Below, piece after piece: positions 39,279 through 52,233 of a DNA stretch of 64,000 bases. Each line of letters begins with the position of its first letter. Positions within the stretch are counted from its first letter, which is position 1. Made by a program: the position numbers and the translations under genes. Under the pieces are notes generated by a model, which searched no databases, was not told where the DNA came from, and saw only the letters and a program-made list of their open reading frames with translations. Source of the stretch: Cenococcum geophilum (Eukaryota); contig CP158635.1 in assembly GCA_050273025.1 (NCBI GenBank), positions 32,240,001 to 32,304,000 of the forward strand, given 5' to 3'.

Positions 39279-40700
39279 TATATATTCTGCTAGGTTCTTA
39301 ATCTAAAGGTAGAGGGTTGTATTATAATAACTTATATATAAGTAAGAAAAAGGATTAAAGAATTATAGGAATTAATAAAAGACATTATAGAAAAGAAGCT
39401 TTAGTCAGCAATATTAAGTATTTATTTTTTAGTTAATATTTGGACCTCTCCTAATCGGCATCTTTTCCTTAGAGTCTGCGCCTACTTTATTAAGTAAAAC
39501 TTAAAAGGACTCTCTAGAGCTCTCCTTGCTCTTTATACGGTATAATCTTATAATAAAGAGGATTAGTTCTTAACTCTACTTCCTATACTAAAGGACTATG
39601 GGATTATATAAAAGCTTAGTGTAGTTATCTTAGATAATGCAGGAATAAATAATACTCTTTATTATACGATTGAAAAGTATATAAAAGAGGAGGAAGTTAT
39701 TGTATGGAAATCTTTATATAAACAAATCTGTTGTAATAGCTATATTATTAATCTTACTGTCTAAGCCTTTCTTTTTAAGGTTAAAGTTAAGTAGATTAAT
39801 TTATATAAAGCTAAAGATAAAGATAAAAATTTTTAAGATATAGGCGCCCTTAGAAAGCTCTATAATATTATTATGTATATATAAAGCTCTCCTGCCCGTA
39901 TAAGGGCTATTAAAGAGCTAGTAGGAAGACGAATTCCACTTAATAATTATATAAGATAGAACAGCTGGTGTAAGATATTATAGGTTGCTATTTAATACAA
40001 GCCTATAATAGATTAATACATAAAGAAGTACGGCTTAGATAATAATTTTCTAAATCCTATAGACTGGAAATAGCTTTATACGATAATAGGCTTTCTTTTT
40101 ATCTTTAAGAAAGCAATTCTTTTGACTTAAGGGCATAATGCAACAATCTTAGATGTGCTTTTTTAAATGGACCTCCTTATACACCACTTTAAAAACAGCT
40201 TAGTAAGGCATATATATTTAGAGGGAGTATATATAGGCTAATATTGTATAATAGGAAGATTATAAAGAAGATAAATGTAACTTTAGAATAAGTATCGAAG
40301 TTAGTATTAAGGCCCCCAGCCTTTACTATAAGCATTAAGTACTGTATTATATAAGAAGGCCTTATCTAAAGAAGATCTTAATTTATATAAGTAGCTTATT
40401 AAGAACCTTAATAAGTTTAATCGCTTAAAGAGCTAAGATAAGTATAAGAACTATATTGCCGAGAATCCACTTCGTATTAAGGTTTCTCCTCTTAAATGGT
40501 AGTGTTAAGATAAGCAATATAAGCGTTGGCTACGACTCTTATTAATAGCTATTAATATTCTATTAATTCTAGCTATAAGTAATGACCTAGAGCGGGTATT
40601 TTTAGGGGTATGTTATATGGTTTTATGGGAGCAAGTAAAGCTTGGGGTTAATATAATTAAGATATTTAAATGTTTAAAAAATTAGAAGTAGAATTAAATG
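39279..40700 (+). pseudogene. hAT transposase catalytic and dimerisation domains, RIP-mutated
   Basis: (D)IWTSPNRHLFL at ~39435, DNA at ~39633, I(R)CN(GH)IINL at ~39726 and (T)R(W)NSW at ~39950. PLKW(W)...AI(D)IL(S)I(P)A(M)S.D(P)ERVF(S)G spans ~40490-40610. Confidence 0.92.
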
Positions 40701-41234
40701 GTAATAGAAGAGTTTTAATAGAGAAGAATTAATCGTGTAGATAAGAAAGGAAAAAAAAGAATACTCTAAGCTAGATGCAGAGTGGAATATATATATGTAT
40801 TTCTTCGTATAATACGTAATTGTACGCTCCTTCTTTATATAGTACTTTACCTTATTTAACCTCTCTTCTTCCTTTATCTTTAACCTAGCTATTACTTACT
40901 ACTATAACTAGTTCTAGCTTATTAGCTACTATTAAAATATAAGTGTCCTAGCTTTATATAAGCATTGCCTAAGCCTCTAACCTTACTAATATACTCTTAA
41001 CTGCTTACCTTATATAAGTGTTAAGCACTAACGAGTAAAGCAGTAATAGCAGCACCACTACTATAATTACTACTACCACTACCACCACCACTACTACTAC
41101 TAGTTTATTAACTACTAATATGTAAGTATTCTTACTTTATATAAGCATTGCTTAAGCCTTGCCCTTTACTAATCTACCTTAGTTGCTTACTTTATACAAA
41201 TACTAACATATATATAGGGCCCTTATTCTCTAGA

Positions 41235-41750
41235 ATGCCGCCACGACTACCTAAGCCCTTACTGCCGCCGCCTAAAACCCCTAAGCCCCCATTCTCTTTA
41301 TAGGACAGCAGCAGTTAGCCCTATATATATATAGTTTATAGGGCTAAGCACTTCTAGCCCTTTCTAGGCAGGATGTGGTGTTTATACGCGGGAGTATTTA
41401 CCCATATTGAATAGGAATGCATCGGCCCTTATACGTTAACGCTATCCTTATACAATCTTGTAGAAGGGTAGTGGATCAACCTTACTAGCGGTGCCGCGGT
41501 GCTATGCTAGGCCTATAACCCTTCCCATTATACTATTAGGCTAACGGTTACTTTAGTAGTTGCTACGCTAATTATAAATAGCCTAACTATACTAGTTAGT
41601 GCACCGTATAAGACGGGGGTAATAATGCACCTACGCCGGCCAACTGTGGCTTGCCCCTAGCAGGGGGAGGGGGGTCTAGGATGGTAACAGATCTTCTCTT
41701 AATAGAGGATAATAAGCCTAGGGCTACGGCCCAAAATGCAATTATTTTAG
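41235..41750 (+). pseudogene. DUF3716-like cysteine-rich ORF inside the hAT element
   Basis: 41423-41610 reads RP(S)YVNAILIQS(RG)...P(C).RC...PFP.(C)...G(H)F(GG)C(C)AN(C)K(W)P(DH)...C. The family name is from memory of the motif. Confidence 0.7.
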
Positions 41751-44449
41751 CTTAGGTATGTATAAATTTTCTCTTTTATATACATTAGCATATAGCTAAC
41801 TATTAGGATTATTGGTAGTAACCTATATATACCTAGCTGGTTAGGGATATCTCCAGCACCTAGATCTAATCTATACCTCTATATAGTATTTAAGATAAGT
41901 AGCTATATAGCGAAACTAAACAGATTACTATGTACACAGTTATATTAGTTTAATTTATTTTAATATTGCGGAAATATAATTTTCCGGTCTATATTGGCCA
42001 ATAAGCAATATTAGATCGACATTATATTTGCTTATTTTTACCAAGCCTAGGTTTATTTAAACAAGTTTTCCTAGAGGATAGGCAGCTAGATCGGACGCTT
42101 AGAGGAATTAAGCGATATAGTGGCGTGGCTTTAAAGTAGGTAAAAGGCTTAGATCATCAATGGTGAGAAGTGAACCTTCAAACCGGAAAAGTAACCGTCC
42201 GACCTCCAACCGGGCTTAGACCGCCTAGCCCACGCTTAGACCGCCCAGCCCACGCGCGCTTAGGTCAAATCTCAACGTTGCCACTAAAGATAAGCCCCTT
42301 TCTCGGAAAAGTTAGTAAAATTCTATATGCGGCTTAGTTAGTGCCTAGAAATGTCTAGTACGCCTCAACATAAGATAGGGTAGGGGGTTAGGCTTACTTG
42401 AGATAATATGCCATATTTTATAGATTTTCCGAGAAAAAAATCTACGTTTAGTCTTTTTTTCTACCACCTACTGGACTGTTACCATAGAACCTAGCGCCAG
42501 GTTTCTAAAGACACGTAATTACTAGTAAAATTAGCTTGAAGCTTCTTCAAGACCGAAAAGTAACCGTCCGGTAACCGTCCGGTAACCGTCCGGTAACAGT
42601 CCAGTAGGGGTCTAAGGGTAGTAAAAGTAACCGTTCTTAAGGGGTGCTACCGAGAATTTAGCTTTATATGCTAGAATTTCCGAGAAAATATTAAAAGCGG
42701 GCATGCGCCGCAGGCACGATTTTTTTTACGTAGACAGAGCTCTGTATAGAGCTTCGATAGAGCTCTGTTTAGAGCTTTAATAGAGCTTCGTCTAGAACTT
42801 CGATAGAGCTCCGTGTAGAGCTTTAGTAGAGCTCCGTGTAGGGCTTTGGTAGAGCTCTATATAGAGCTTTAGTAGAGCTTCTGGCAGAGCCTTTGGTAGA
42901 GCTCCGTACAGAGCTTGGAAGAGCTCTACGCGGAGCTTTAGTAGAGCTCTATGCGGAGTCTTGGCAGAGCTTCTGGCAGAGCCTTTGGTAGAGCTCCGTA
43001 TAGAGCTTCGGTAGAGCTCTACGCGGAGCTTTGGTAGAGTTCTATGCGGAGTCTTAGCAGAGCTTCGTGCAGAGCTTCGTAGAGAGCCCTGGCAGAGCTT
43101 AGTGCAGAGCTTCGTAGAGAGCCTCTGGCAGAGCCTTTGGTAGAGCTCTATGCGGAGTCTTGGCAGAGCTTCGTGCAGAGCTTCGGCAGAGCTTCTGGCA
43201 GAGCCTTTGGTAGAGCTCCGTGCAGAGCCTCGGTAGAGCTCTACGCGGAGCTTCGGCAGAGCTCTATGCGGAGTCTTGGCAGAGCTTCGTGCAGAGCGTC
43301 TGGCAGAGCTTCGTGCAGAGCTTCTGGCAGAGCTTCTAGCAGAGCCTTTAGCAGAGCTCCGTAAGAGCTTCGGTAGAGCTCTATGCGGAGCCTTGGCAGA
43401 GCTCCGTGCAGGGCTTTAAGGGAGCTTCGTAGAGAGCCTCTGGCAGAGCTTCGAGCTTTCTGGCAGAGCTTTCTGGCAGAGCCTTTGGTAGAGCTCCGTG
43501 CAGAGCCCGTGTAGAGCTCCGTGCAGAGCCCCGTGCAGAGCCTCTAGTAAAGCTTTAGTAGCTAGGGAAATTAATTATGGAGCCTAGCCTTAAGCTAGAA
43601 TTATTATAGATTAGTAAACTCTTAGTTAAATGTAGCACGGGCTAAAACTAATTTAGAGACTCTACCAAAGGCTCTGCCAGAAAGCTCCGCGCAAAGCTCT
43701 GCCAGAGGCTCTCTACGAAGCTCCCTTAAAGCTTTACACAAAGCTCTGCCAAGACTCCGCATAGAGCTCTACTAAAGGCTCTGCCAAAAGCTCTGCTAGA
43801 AGCTCTACACGAAGCTCTACCAGAGGCTCTCTACGAAGCTCTGCCACAGACTCTCTACAAAGCTCTGCCAGAGACTCTCTATAAAGCTCTACACGAAGCT
43901 CTGCCAAGACTCCGTATAAAACTCTATACGGAGCTTTACTAAAGGCTCTACCAGAAGCTCTACCAAAGCTCTATACGGAGCTTTACTAAAGCTCTACACG
44001 GAGCTCTATCGAAGCCCTATTGAAGCTCTATATAGGGCTCTATTAGGGCCCTATATAGAGCTCTATCGAAGCTCTAGATAGAACTCTATTGAAGCCTTAA
44101 TTAGTAAGAGGTAGTTTCTATTTATAGAAGGTAGATATATCTAATAGGGGTTAATTATTTATAAGTAATTCTTTTAAAATATTTAGATATTTATAGATAT
44201 ATACTTTTTTAGATATATCTTTTATAAATAGATAGGGAGTAAAGTAGTATTACCTATACCTACTAAACCTATTATAGGCCTTAATTTAATTAGATATTAG
44301 ATATACTATATTAGTCTATAGTCGCTATATAGCTAACTTAAAGAACCTTATATTTTAATACTTTTAAGATACTATTAACCTAAAGTTAGCCTACTCTAAT
44401 TCCTTAAAATAACTAGTTAAATATATTAACTTAGACTAAGTAAGAGATA

Positions 44450-44840
44450 TTATAACTAAATATTATACTAAATAATATATCTTTAATATTAGAAGTAAAG
44501 TAATTAGTTAGTTATTAAAGAGATAAATAGTTATTACCTTATTATCCTATAAGGCTTCTAAAAAAGCCGTCTAGCTAAGATACCTCTTAGTAGAACTACT
44601 TAAATTAAAAAAAGATCTAATAGTAACTATAATCTATAGAGATAACTAAGACGCTATAGTATTAGCTAAAAACCTCTAATTCTACTTTAGGATAAAGTAT
44701 ATTATAATCTAATATTTCTATATATAGAAGAGATAAACTAAAGAAAAAGTATAGCTATAGTATATTTTAATAAAAAATACGTAGTTAACGGCCTTACTAA
44801 AGCCCTACTAAAAGATAAGTTTATTACCTTTAGAAATACT
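44450..44840 (+). pseudogene. Ty1/Copia RNase H remnant
   Basis: 44622-44810 reads TIIY(G)DN(QG)AI(A)LAKN(PQ)F(HS)R(T)K(H)I.I(Q)...V(AD)GLTKAL. Confidence 0.85.
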
Positions 44841-46139
44841 AATATTAAATACTTCTATATTTAGCTACTCTACTCTATAGATCTACCTTATTTAGTATAT
44901 AGCTGCTCTACTTAATATAGAGCTATATTACTAAAAATTAATTAATAAGATTTTCCTTTAAAATAAACTACTTATTATAATATTAAATTAACTATTAACT
45001 ATATTAATCTATAAGTTTTTAACTTAGAAAGATATACTTTAGAAAGCTATAAATACTATAGTTTTAATAGAATTAGCCGCGGATATAGGGCTTATAATAG
45101 GTTAGGTAGGTATAGGTATATATAAAAGTATATACTTATAAATACCTAAATAACATAAAATAATTAATCCTTAATACGTAATATCTATATTCTATAAATA
45201 GAATCTATCTCCTACTAATTAAAGCTTAATAGCTTTATATAGCTTAACGCTAATCTGGTTTAGTATAATATTAATCTATATAGGAACTAGACGTTAATAA
45301 AAATTAAATTAATCTAATTTATAGTAAATATAGAGCTCCGTGTAGAGCTTTAGTAGAGCTCCGTGTTAAGCTTTAGTAGATCTCTACGCAGAGCTTTAGT
45401 AGAGCTCTATGCGGAGTCTTAGCAGAGCTCCGTGCAGAGCTTTAAGGGAGCTTTGTCTAGCAGAGTTTCGTGTAGAGCTTCTGGCAGAGCTTCTGGCAGA
45501 GCCTCTAGCAGAGCCTTTAGTAGAGCTCCGTATAGAGCTTCGGTAGAGCTCTACGCGGAGCCTCTATGCGGAGTCTTGGTAGGGCTTCGTGCAGAGCTTT
45601 AAGGGAGCTTCTTAGAGCCTCTGGTAGAGCTTCGTGTAGAGCTTCGTAGAGAGCCTCTGGCAGAGCTTCGCGTAGAGCTTCGCGTAGAGCTTCTGGCAGA
45701 GCCTTTGGTAGAGCTCCGTGCAGAGCTCTATGCGGAGTCTTGGTAGAGCTTCGTGCGGAGCTTCGAGGGAGCTTCGTAGAGAGCCTCTGGTAGAGCTTTG
45801 TGCAGAGCTTTGTGTAGAGCTTTATAGAGAGCCTCTGGCAGAGCTTCGTGTAGAGCTTCGTAGGGAGCCTCTGGTAGAGCTTCGTGCAGAGCTTCTGGCA
45901 GAGCTTCTGGCAGAGCTTCTGGCAGAGCCTTTGGTAGAGCTCCGTGCAGAGCTCTATGCGGAGTCTTGGTAGAGCTTCGTGCAGAGCTTTAAGGGAGCTT
46001 CGTGCAGAGCTTCGTGCAGAGCTTCGTGCAGAGCTTCGTGCAGAGCTTCGTGCAGAGCTTCGTGTAGAGCTTCGTAGAGAGCCTCTGACAGAGCTTCGTA
46101 GAGAGCCTCTGACAGAGCTTCGTAGAGAGCCTCTGACAG

Positions 46140-46334
46140 TGTCAGAATTAAGCGAGAGGTGCTGACTAAGCTCTGGACACATTGCGAGGACGAAGTCCGC
46201 ATGCAATCTATATAGACATCAACCGCATCTACTGCATCACGAATCAATCAATATTCATCGTCTGCGTCATCTCTATCATCAATTAGACCCTCAAGATAGC
46301 TCCGCTGTGACCCCATGACCTTGTAATTCCAACA
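46140..46334. mobile_element. Un-RIPped 195-bp solo LTR inserted in the satellite
   Basis: TGTCAGAATTA...TAATTCCAACA ends and an exact 5-bp TSD GACAG (46135-46139 / 46335-46339). Confidence 0.9.
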
Positions 46335-48914
46335 GACAGAGCTTCGTGTAGAGCTTCGTAGGGAGCCTCTGGTAGAGCTTCGTGCAGAGCTCCGTACAGA
46401 GCCTACGGTAGAGCCTCTGACTCAGTCTACTAATCTATAATAATTCTAGCTTAAAGCTAGACTCCATAATTAATTTCCCTAGCTACCAAAGCTTACTAGA
46501 GGCTCTGTACGGGGCTCTGCACGGGGCTCCGCACGGGCTCTGCACGGAGCTCTACCAAAGGCTCTGCCAGAAAGCTCTGCCAGAAAGCTCGAAGCTCTGC
46601 CAGAGGCTCTCTACGAAGCTCCCTCGAAGCCCTGCACGGAGCTCTGCCAAGGCTCCGCATAGAGCTCTGCCAAGGCTCCGCATAGAGCTCTACCGAAGCT
46701 CTTACGGAGCTCTGCTAAAGGCTCTGCTAGAAGCTCTGCCAGAAGCTCTGCAAGAAGCTCTGCCAGAAGCTCTGCACGAAGCTCTGCCAGACGCTCTGCA
46801 CGAAGCTCTGCCAAGACTCCGCATAGAGCTCTGCCGAAGCTCCGCGTAGAGCTCTACCAAGGCTCTGCACAGAGCTCTACCAAAGGCTCTGCCAGAAGCT
46901 CTGCCGAAGCTCTACACGAAGCTCTGCCAAGACTCCGCATAGAGCTCTACTAAAGGCTCTGCCAGAGGCTCTCTACGAAGCTCTATACTAAGCTCTGCCA
47001 GAGGCTCTCTACAAAGCTCTGCACTAAGCTCTGCCAGGGCTCTCTACGAAGCTCTACACGAAGCTCTGCTAAGACTCCGCATAGAACTCTACCAAAGCTC
47101 CGCGTAGAGCTCTACCGAAGCTCTGTACGGAGCTCTACTAAAGGCTCTGCCAGAAGCTCTGCCAAGACTCCGCATAGAGCTCTACTTAAGCTCCGCGTAG
47201 AGCTCTTCCAAGCTCTATACGGAGCTCTACTAAAGCTCTATATTGAACTTCGAGACGAAGCTCTATCAAAGCTCTAAACAGAGCTCTATCGAAGCTCTAT
47301 ACGGAGCTCTACCAAAGGCTCTGCTAAAAGCTCTGCTAAAAGCTCTGCACGAAGCTCTGCTAAAAGCTCTGCACGAAGCTCTGCCAGAGGCTCTGCACGA
47401 AGCTCTACTAGAGGCTCTACACGAAGCTCTGCTAGAAGCTCTATACGAAGCTCTGCCAGAGGCTCCTACAAAGCTCCCTTAAAGCTCTGCACGGAACACT
47501 ACTAAGACTCCGCATAGAGCTCTACGCGGAGCTTCGGTAGAGCTCTATATAGAGTCTTAGGACAGCTCCGTATAGGGCTTTAGTAGAGTTTTAGTAGAGC
47601 TCCGTATATAGCTTTAGTAGAGCTCCGTGTAGAGCTTTAGTAGAGCTCCGTGTAGAGCTTTAATAGAGCTCTATGCGGAGTCTTAGTAAAGCTTCGTGTA
47701 AAGCTCTAAGGGCGCTTCGTAGAGAGCCTCTAGTAGAGCTTTATGCAGAGTTTCTTGTAGAGCTTCTGGTAGAGCTTCTAGCAGAGCTTCTTACAGAGCT
47801 TCTAGTAGAGCTTTTGGTAGAGCTTCTTATAGAGCTTCTAGTAGAGCTTTTTATAGAGCTTCTTGCAGAGCTTCTTGCAGAGCTTCTAGCAGAGCCTTTA
47901 GTAGAGCTCCGTATAGAGCTTCGGTAGAACCCTATACGGAGTCTTAGTAGAGCTTCGTAGAGAGCCTCTAGTAGAGCTTCTAGTCGAGCCCTATATAGAG
48001 CCCCGTATAGAGCCTCTAGTAAAGCTTTAGTAGCTAGTAAAATTAATTATAGAGCCTAGCTTTAAGCTAGAATTATTATAAATTAGTAAACTCTTAGTTA
48101 AATATAGCATTGGCTAAAACTAAGTTAGAGGCTTTACTAAAGGCTGTATTAGAAAGCTCTGCTAAAAAGCTCTATATAAAGCTCTGCTAGAGACTCTCTG
48201 CAAAGCTCTATACGGAGCTTTATATCTACTATAACGTCTACTATAACGTCTACTATAATATCTACTATAAAGCTCTACCAGAGCTCTCCGCGAAGCTTTA
48301 TTAAATCTCTATACAGAGCTCTATTAAAGCTTTTCGCGGAGCTCTATTAAAGTTCTACGTGGAGCTCTATTAAATCCCTATATAGAGCTTTACTAAAGCC
48401 CTATATATGCCTCTAATAATACCCCACGCGGAGCTATACTAAGCTTTATATAGAGCCCTATATAGAGCCTTATATAGAGTTATATATAGAGCTCTATATT
48501 TACTATAATATCTACTATAATATTTATCTAACCTAACCTATTATAACCTTTACTACTAAATTACTTATATATAATAGATAATTTAATAAAACTACTAAGG
48601 AGCCGCTATAGTAGTAGGATATGCCCACTAATTACCTAGAATATAACTATTATATAAACAATAACAGGAAAAAAATATATATATACTAGCGGAAAGGTTC
48701 TCTTTTTATAAGGGCTAAGTAGACCTATAAGATACTAGTAGCTAAAACTACCCTCTACCTCTAAAGATAAGCTAAATAGTTTTAGTAAAGGAAATAAAAG
48801 AAGCTATATAGAGGCTTTTTATTAGTAAGGCGGTAGGACTAAATAGTATTCTAAATAAGGCAATTAAAGTTATATTAAAAGTCTTAATAATACTATTAGC
48901 TAATACTATAACTA

Positions 48915-48999
48915 GCCCGCGAAGCCCTACTATACGTATCTATATTACCACAGGTGGAAATATTATTAGGAAACCCTTCCTTATAACAGCTAAGTGTAG
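48915..48999 (+). ncRNA. RIP-damaged HDV-like ribozyme
   Basis: P1 GCCCGCG / CACAGGU (CGCGGGU in the other copy), then GG, P4, GCUAA and P2' GUGUAG. It begins directly after the TSD. Confidence 0.65.
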
Positions 49000-51534
49000 A
49001 GGTAATAGTAAAGAGCCGTTATAGCGTATATAGTGCGCTATAGTATAAGGCCTGCGACGCGTATAATATATCGCCCCTAATATTACTAGGAGCCTTACTA
49101 CCTCCGCTTAAGGTTCCCGCTCTACTACCTAGGGAGGCCTATTAAGGGAAACTAGGATATAAAACCAACCAAATATATAACTACCTAGCTTATAGCTAGG
49201 CCCGAAACTAGCCTTATTATCTAGTTAGTTAATATAAATATATTCTAGTCGTAAAATAGGATATCCTTAGGCTTATACTAGCTCTAAGATTATAAAGAAA
49301 CATAGCAATGGCGTAGGAAACCTCTTTTTATAAGAACTTATTAATATTAACCCGTTATAGATACCTTATACAAAACTTATTAAGGCCCTATATAAAGAAC
49401 TCATTAAGGCCCCTTTATAAGAGCCTATCTAGTATATCTAGGAGATTTAGAAGAGGGTCTTAATAGGCGTGGTACGCGCGACCTAGACGATAGCGATATG
49501 ATAGCGACGTAACGGCGACTAGACGGCTTAACGAGGTGGAAATATAGGTAAAGCTCTAGGCAGCGGAAATATAGGCTAGCTTTAACGGCCCTATAGCGTT
49601 AAAAGGCGACTTATAGGAGGGTCTTAATAAGCGTAGTATATATAACCTAATATATATATATATATAGGGGAGGCTATAGGGGAAATATAGGCTAGTTAGA
49701 TAAGGACTTAATAGTTAGAGATATAGGCTAGCTTATAAAAAGAAGGGATATAAGCTTAGTTAGTAGAATAGGGTAGAGTAGATTGCCTGGCATAGGATCT
49801 AATTTACGGCCCGTTCTATAAGATATAGTCGGCCTATTATAAGGAGACTTTTATAGGTAACGTAAAACGGGAACTAGTAGTATATATAAGGTATTACGCC
49901 CCTATATTACTGCTAACCTCCTAAAGGGGGTAGTGCGTAGTAGCTACTACTAACTTTAAGGACCTTACCCCTTAGCTAGGCTTTAACCACTAGTATACCT
50001 AGTAAGTATATAGGATTACGTCCTAGCCGGAGAGACTATTACGTAGCTTAAGAGAATAGATATGCGTATTAGTATATTAATAGACGAAGCTGTTCGTTAG
50101 GATAGTATACTAGTAAGATATACTTAAGGAGTAAATAAGATTTACCTAGGCGGGTAAGGCTTTTAGCTAGGCCTTAACCGTAGAAGGTATATAATGCCTA
50201 AAGGTAGGATAATACTAGAAAACTAAGGTAGGGGCTTAGATAAGTAGGTATATTAAACTCTCCTATATAACTACCTACTTTTAAACGTATATGCCTATTA
50301 TATATAGTAGTAGTAAGGCTAATAATGCTATATGGCTTCTAGATCTAGGGCTTAGGACTAGGCGGTAAGGGACTAGTAAAAAGTTCCCTAGCGCTACTAG
50401 CTAAGCTATAAAACTAGTACCTATATAGAACTATAGGGGCCTATAGAAGAATACTACGCGCCGCACTAGAACGTGAAGTAGTAGTTCTACTACTAGACTT
50501 ATATGTTAATATAACTACTATATAGAGAGTAGTTATAGTATAAGGTTACCTAGTAGAAGAAAATATACGCTAAATACTAAAATATATATAAGGAGTAAAG
50601 GCCCCCTAAGGGGCAATACGCCTAAGTATACTAGCTAGGAAGCCCTCTACTTATAAATAGTAAAGAGAAAAAAGGAAATACGGGAACTACTAACCTATTA
50701 GGCGGAGGCCCGGCGCTATACTAGTAGAGCGCTACTATAGCAATAGAGGATAGGAGGCTACTAGTATAGATAGAGATCTATTGTACTTATTATAAGATAG
50801 GCAGACCTTAAATAGAAGTAATAATAGAAGGAGGTAGCGAAAATATAAGACGTAGCTATATAGGATACCTATAGTTAATACTAATACTCTATATATAAAA
50901 GACTAATAAAAGTAGAATCTATAGCCGTTTTTTTACTATAGATAGAGGTTTTAGACCTAAATATATAGCTAGTAAGTATCTATGTTCTAAATACTACCTT
51001 AATATACGTACAGATGGCCTATTTAGTTAGTGCGCTATATACTACTTTTCTATAGCTACTGCTTAGTAAAGAACTAGCTATTTACTAGTATAGGTATATA
51101 TAATACTACTTAGATACTCTCTATAAGTAGGGGCTTATAAGTAATAGTAAAATAGCTTATAGGCTAAAAAGTCCTTTAGTAGTTTTAAATAGCATATAAG
51201 ATCTAATAGGAGGATACTAAAGGATACGCCCCCTTTTAGCCCCTTAGGGACTAGATACCCCCACCTAACTATAGGCGGCACTTTGGCGAATTACTAGACC
51301 CTCCTACTATATCCCCCCTAGATCTTCTAATATACCTAAAAAGTATAGTATATAAGGTAGACCTAAAGATATAAAGATATACTAGCTAGATAAAGGTAGA
51401 ACGCGTAGGACTAGCTAAAAGAAAATACTTAGGTTTTCCCCCTTTATAGGGCCGTTTCCTATATAGAAAGATAGAAGCCTATATAGACCTAAAAAGGGGC
51501 CGAATCGGGCAATAAATAGAATTAATAATAATAC
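48915..51534 (+). mobile_element. Internally deleted LINE derivative (5' region fused to 3' end) with a 5' HDV-like fold
   Basis: TSD TACTATAACTA (48904-48914 / 51535-51545) and an AAT tail. It is homologous in inverse orientation to 58497-62527. Confidence 0.8.
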
Positions 51535-52233
51535 TACTATAACTATCTACCTCTATAAAAGTAAGCTACTAAACTACTATAAAGTAATAACTATAATTAT
51601 TCTAAGAAAGGTAAATAAAAAGGACTACTCCCTTTTAGGAAACTACTAACTAATTGCCCTTAAAAATATAATAGAAAAGCTCTTAAAAAAGATAGTTATA
51701 AAACGTATATAAGAAGCCGTAAAGGAGTAGGGACTACTACTATAGATATAAATAGGTATATGGAAAAATTAATTAATACTCTTAGTCCTCTCCTTAATTA
51801 CCTCTAATGTCTAAATAGCGTAGTAAGCTTACCTAAGTTATATAGTAACTATACTAAGCCTAGGCCTAAGCGGAGCCTTTAATAATATATTATATAAGAG
51901 ACTCTTATAGATCTTAAGGAAGAAGGGCCTACTAGACTAGATAGTTAGGTTTACCTAAGCCTTCTAAATTAGGCATACTACTAAAATAGTATTTAAGGGC
52001 TATAAAAGTAAACTAATACTAATACCTATAGGGATTGCCCCTATTGCTAATCCTAATCCTAATTTTATATTTAGGCTACTTAAGATATTTAAAAGTAATT
52101 AAAAAATAGTAGCTTTAGGATTTATAGATAATATAAACCTAATTATATAGGGAAATATAATAGTAGAAAACTATACTAGGCTAAACTAGGCGTATAATAG
52201 GTATATTATATAAGCGACCTATAGGGGAGTAGT

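Larger units (their letters stand above)
3131..42049 (+). mobile_element. hAT-superfamily DNA transposon (~3.4 kb native), outermost element of the nest
   Basis: 8-bp TSD GGTTCGTT (3123-3130) / GGTTTATT (42050-42057, differing only by RIP-type changes). Ends are CAG.../...CTA. The subterminal motif TATTGGCCAATA occurs at both ends. The transposase is split by the insertion at 3824. Confidence 0.75.
42736..48500. repeat. GAGCT-core ~12-bp satellite in alternating inverted blocks (fold-back structure)
   Basis: Units such as GCAGAGCTTCTG and GTAGAGCTCCGT. Orientation is + at 42736-43555, - at 43655-44100, + at 45330-46420, - at 46490-47520, + at 47520-48030 and - at 48130-48500. Confidence 0.95.

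Noticed and set aside
43137..47927. ORFs such as AELRAELR, ALHEALHE and SSARSSAR (up to 229 aa)
   Set aside because: They are translations of a 12-bp satellite that is open in several frames on both strands; there is no evidence of genes.
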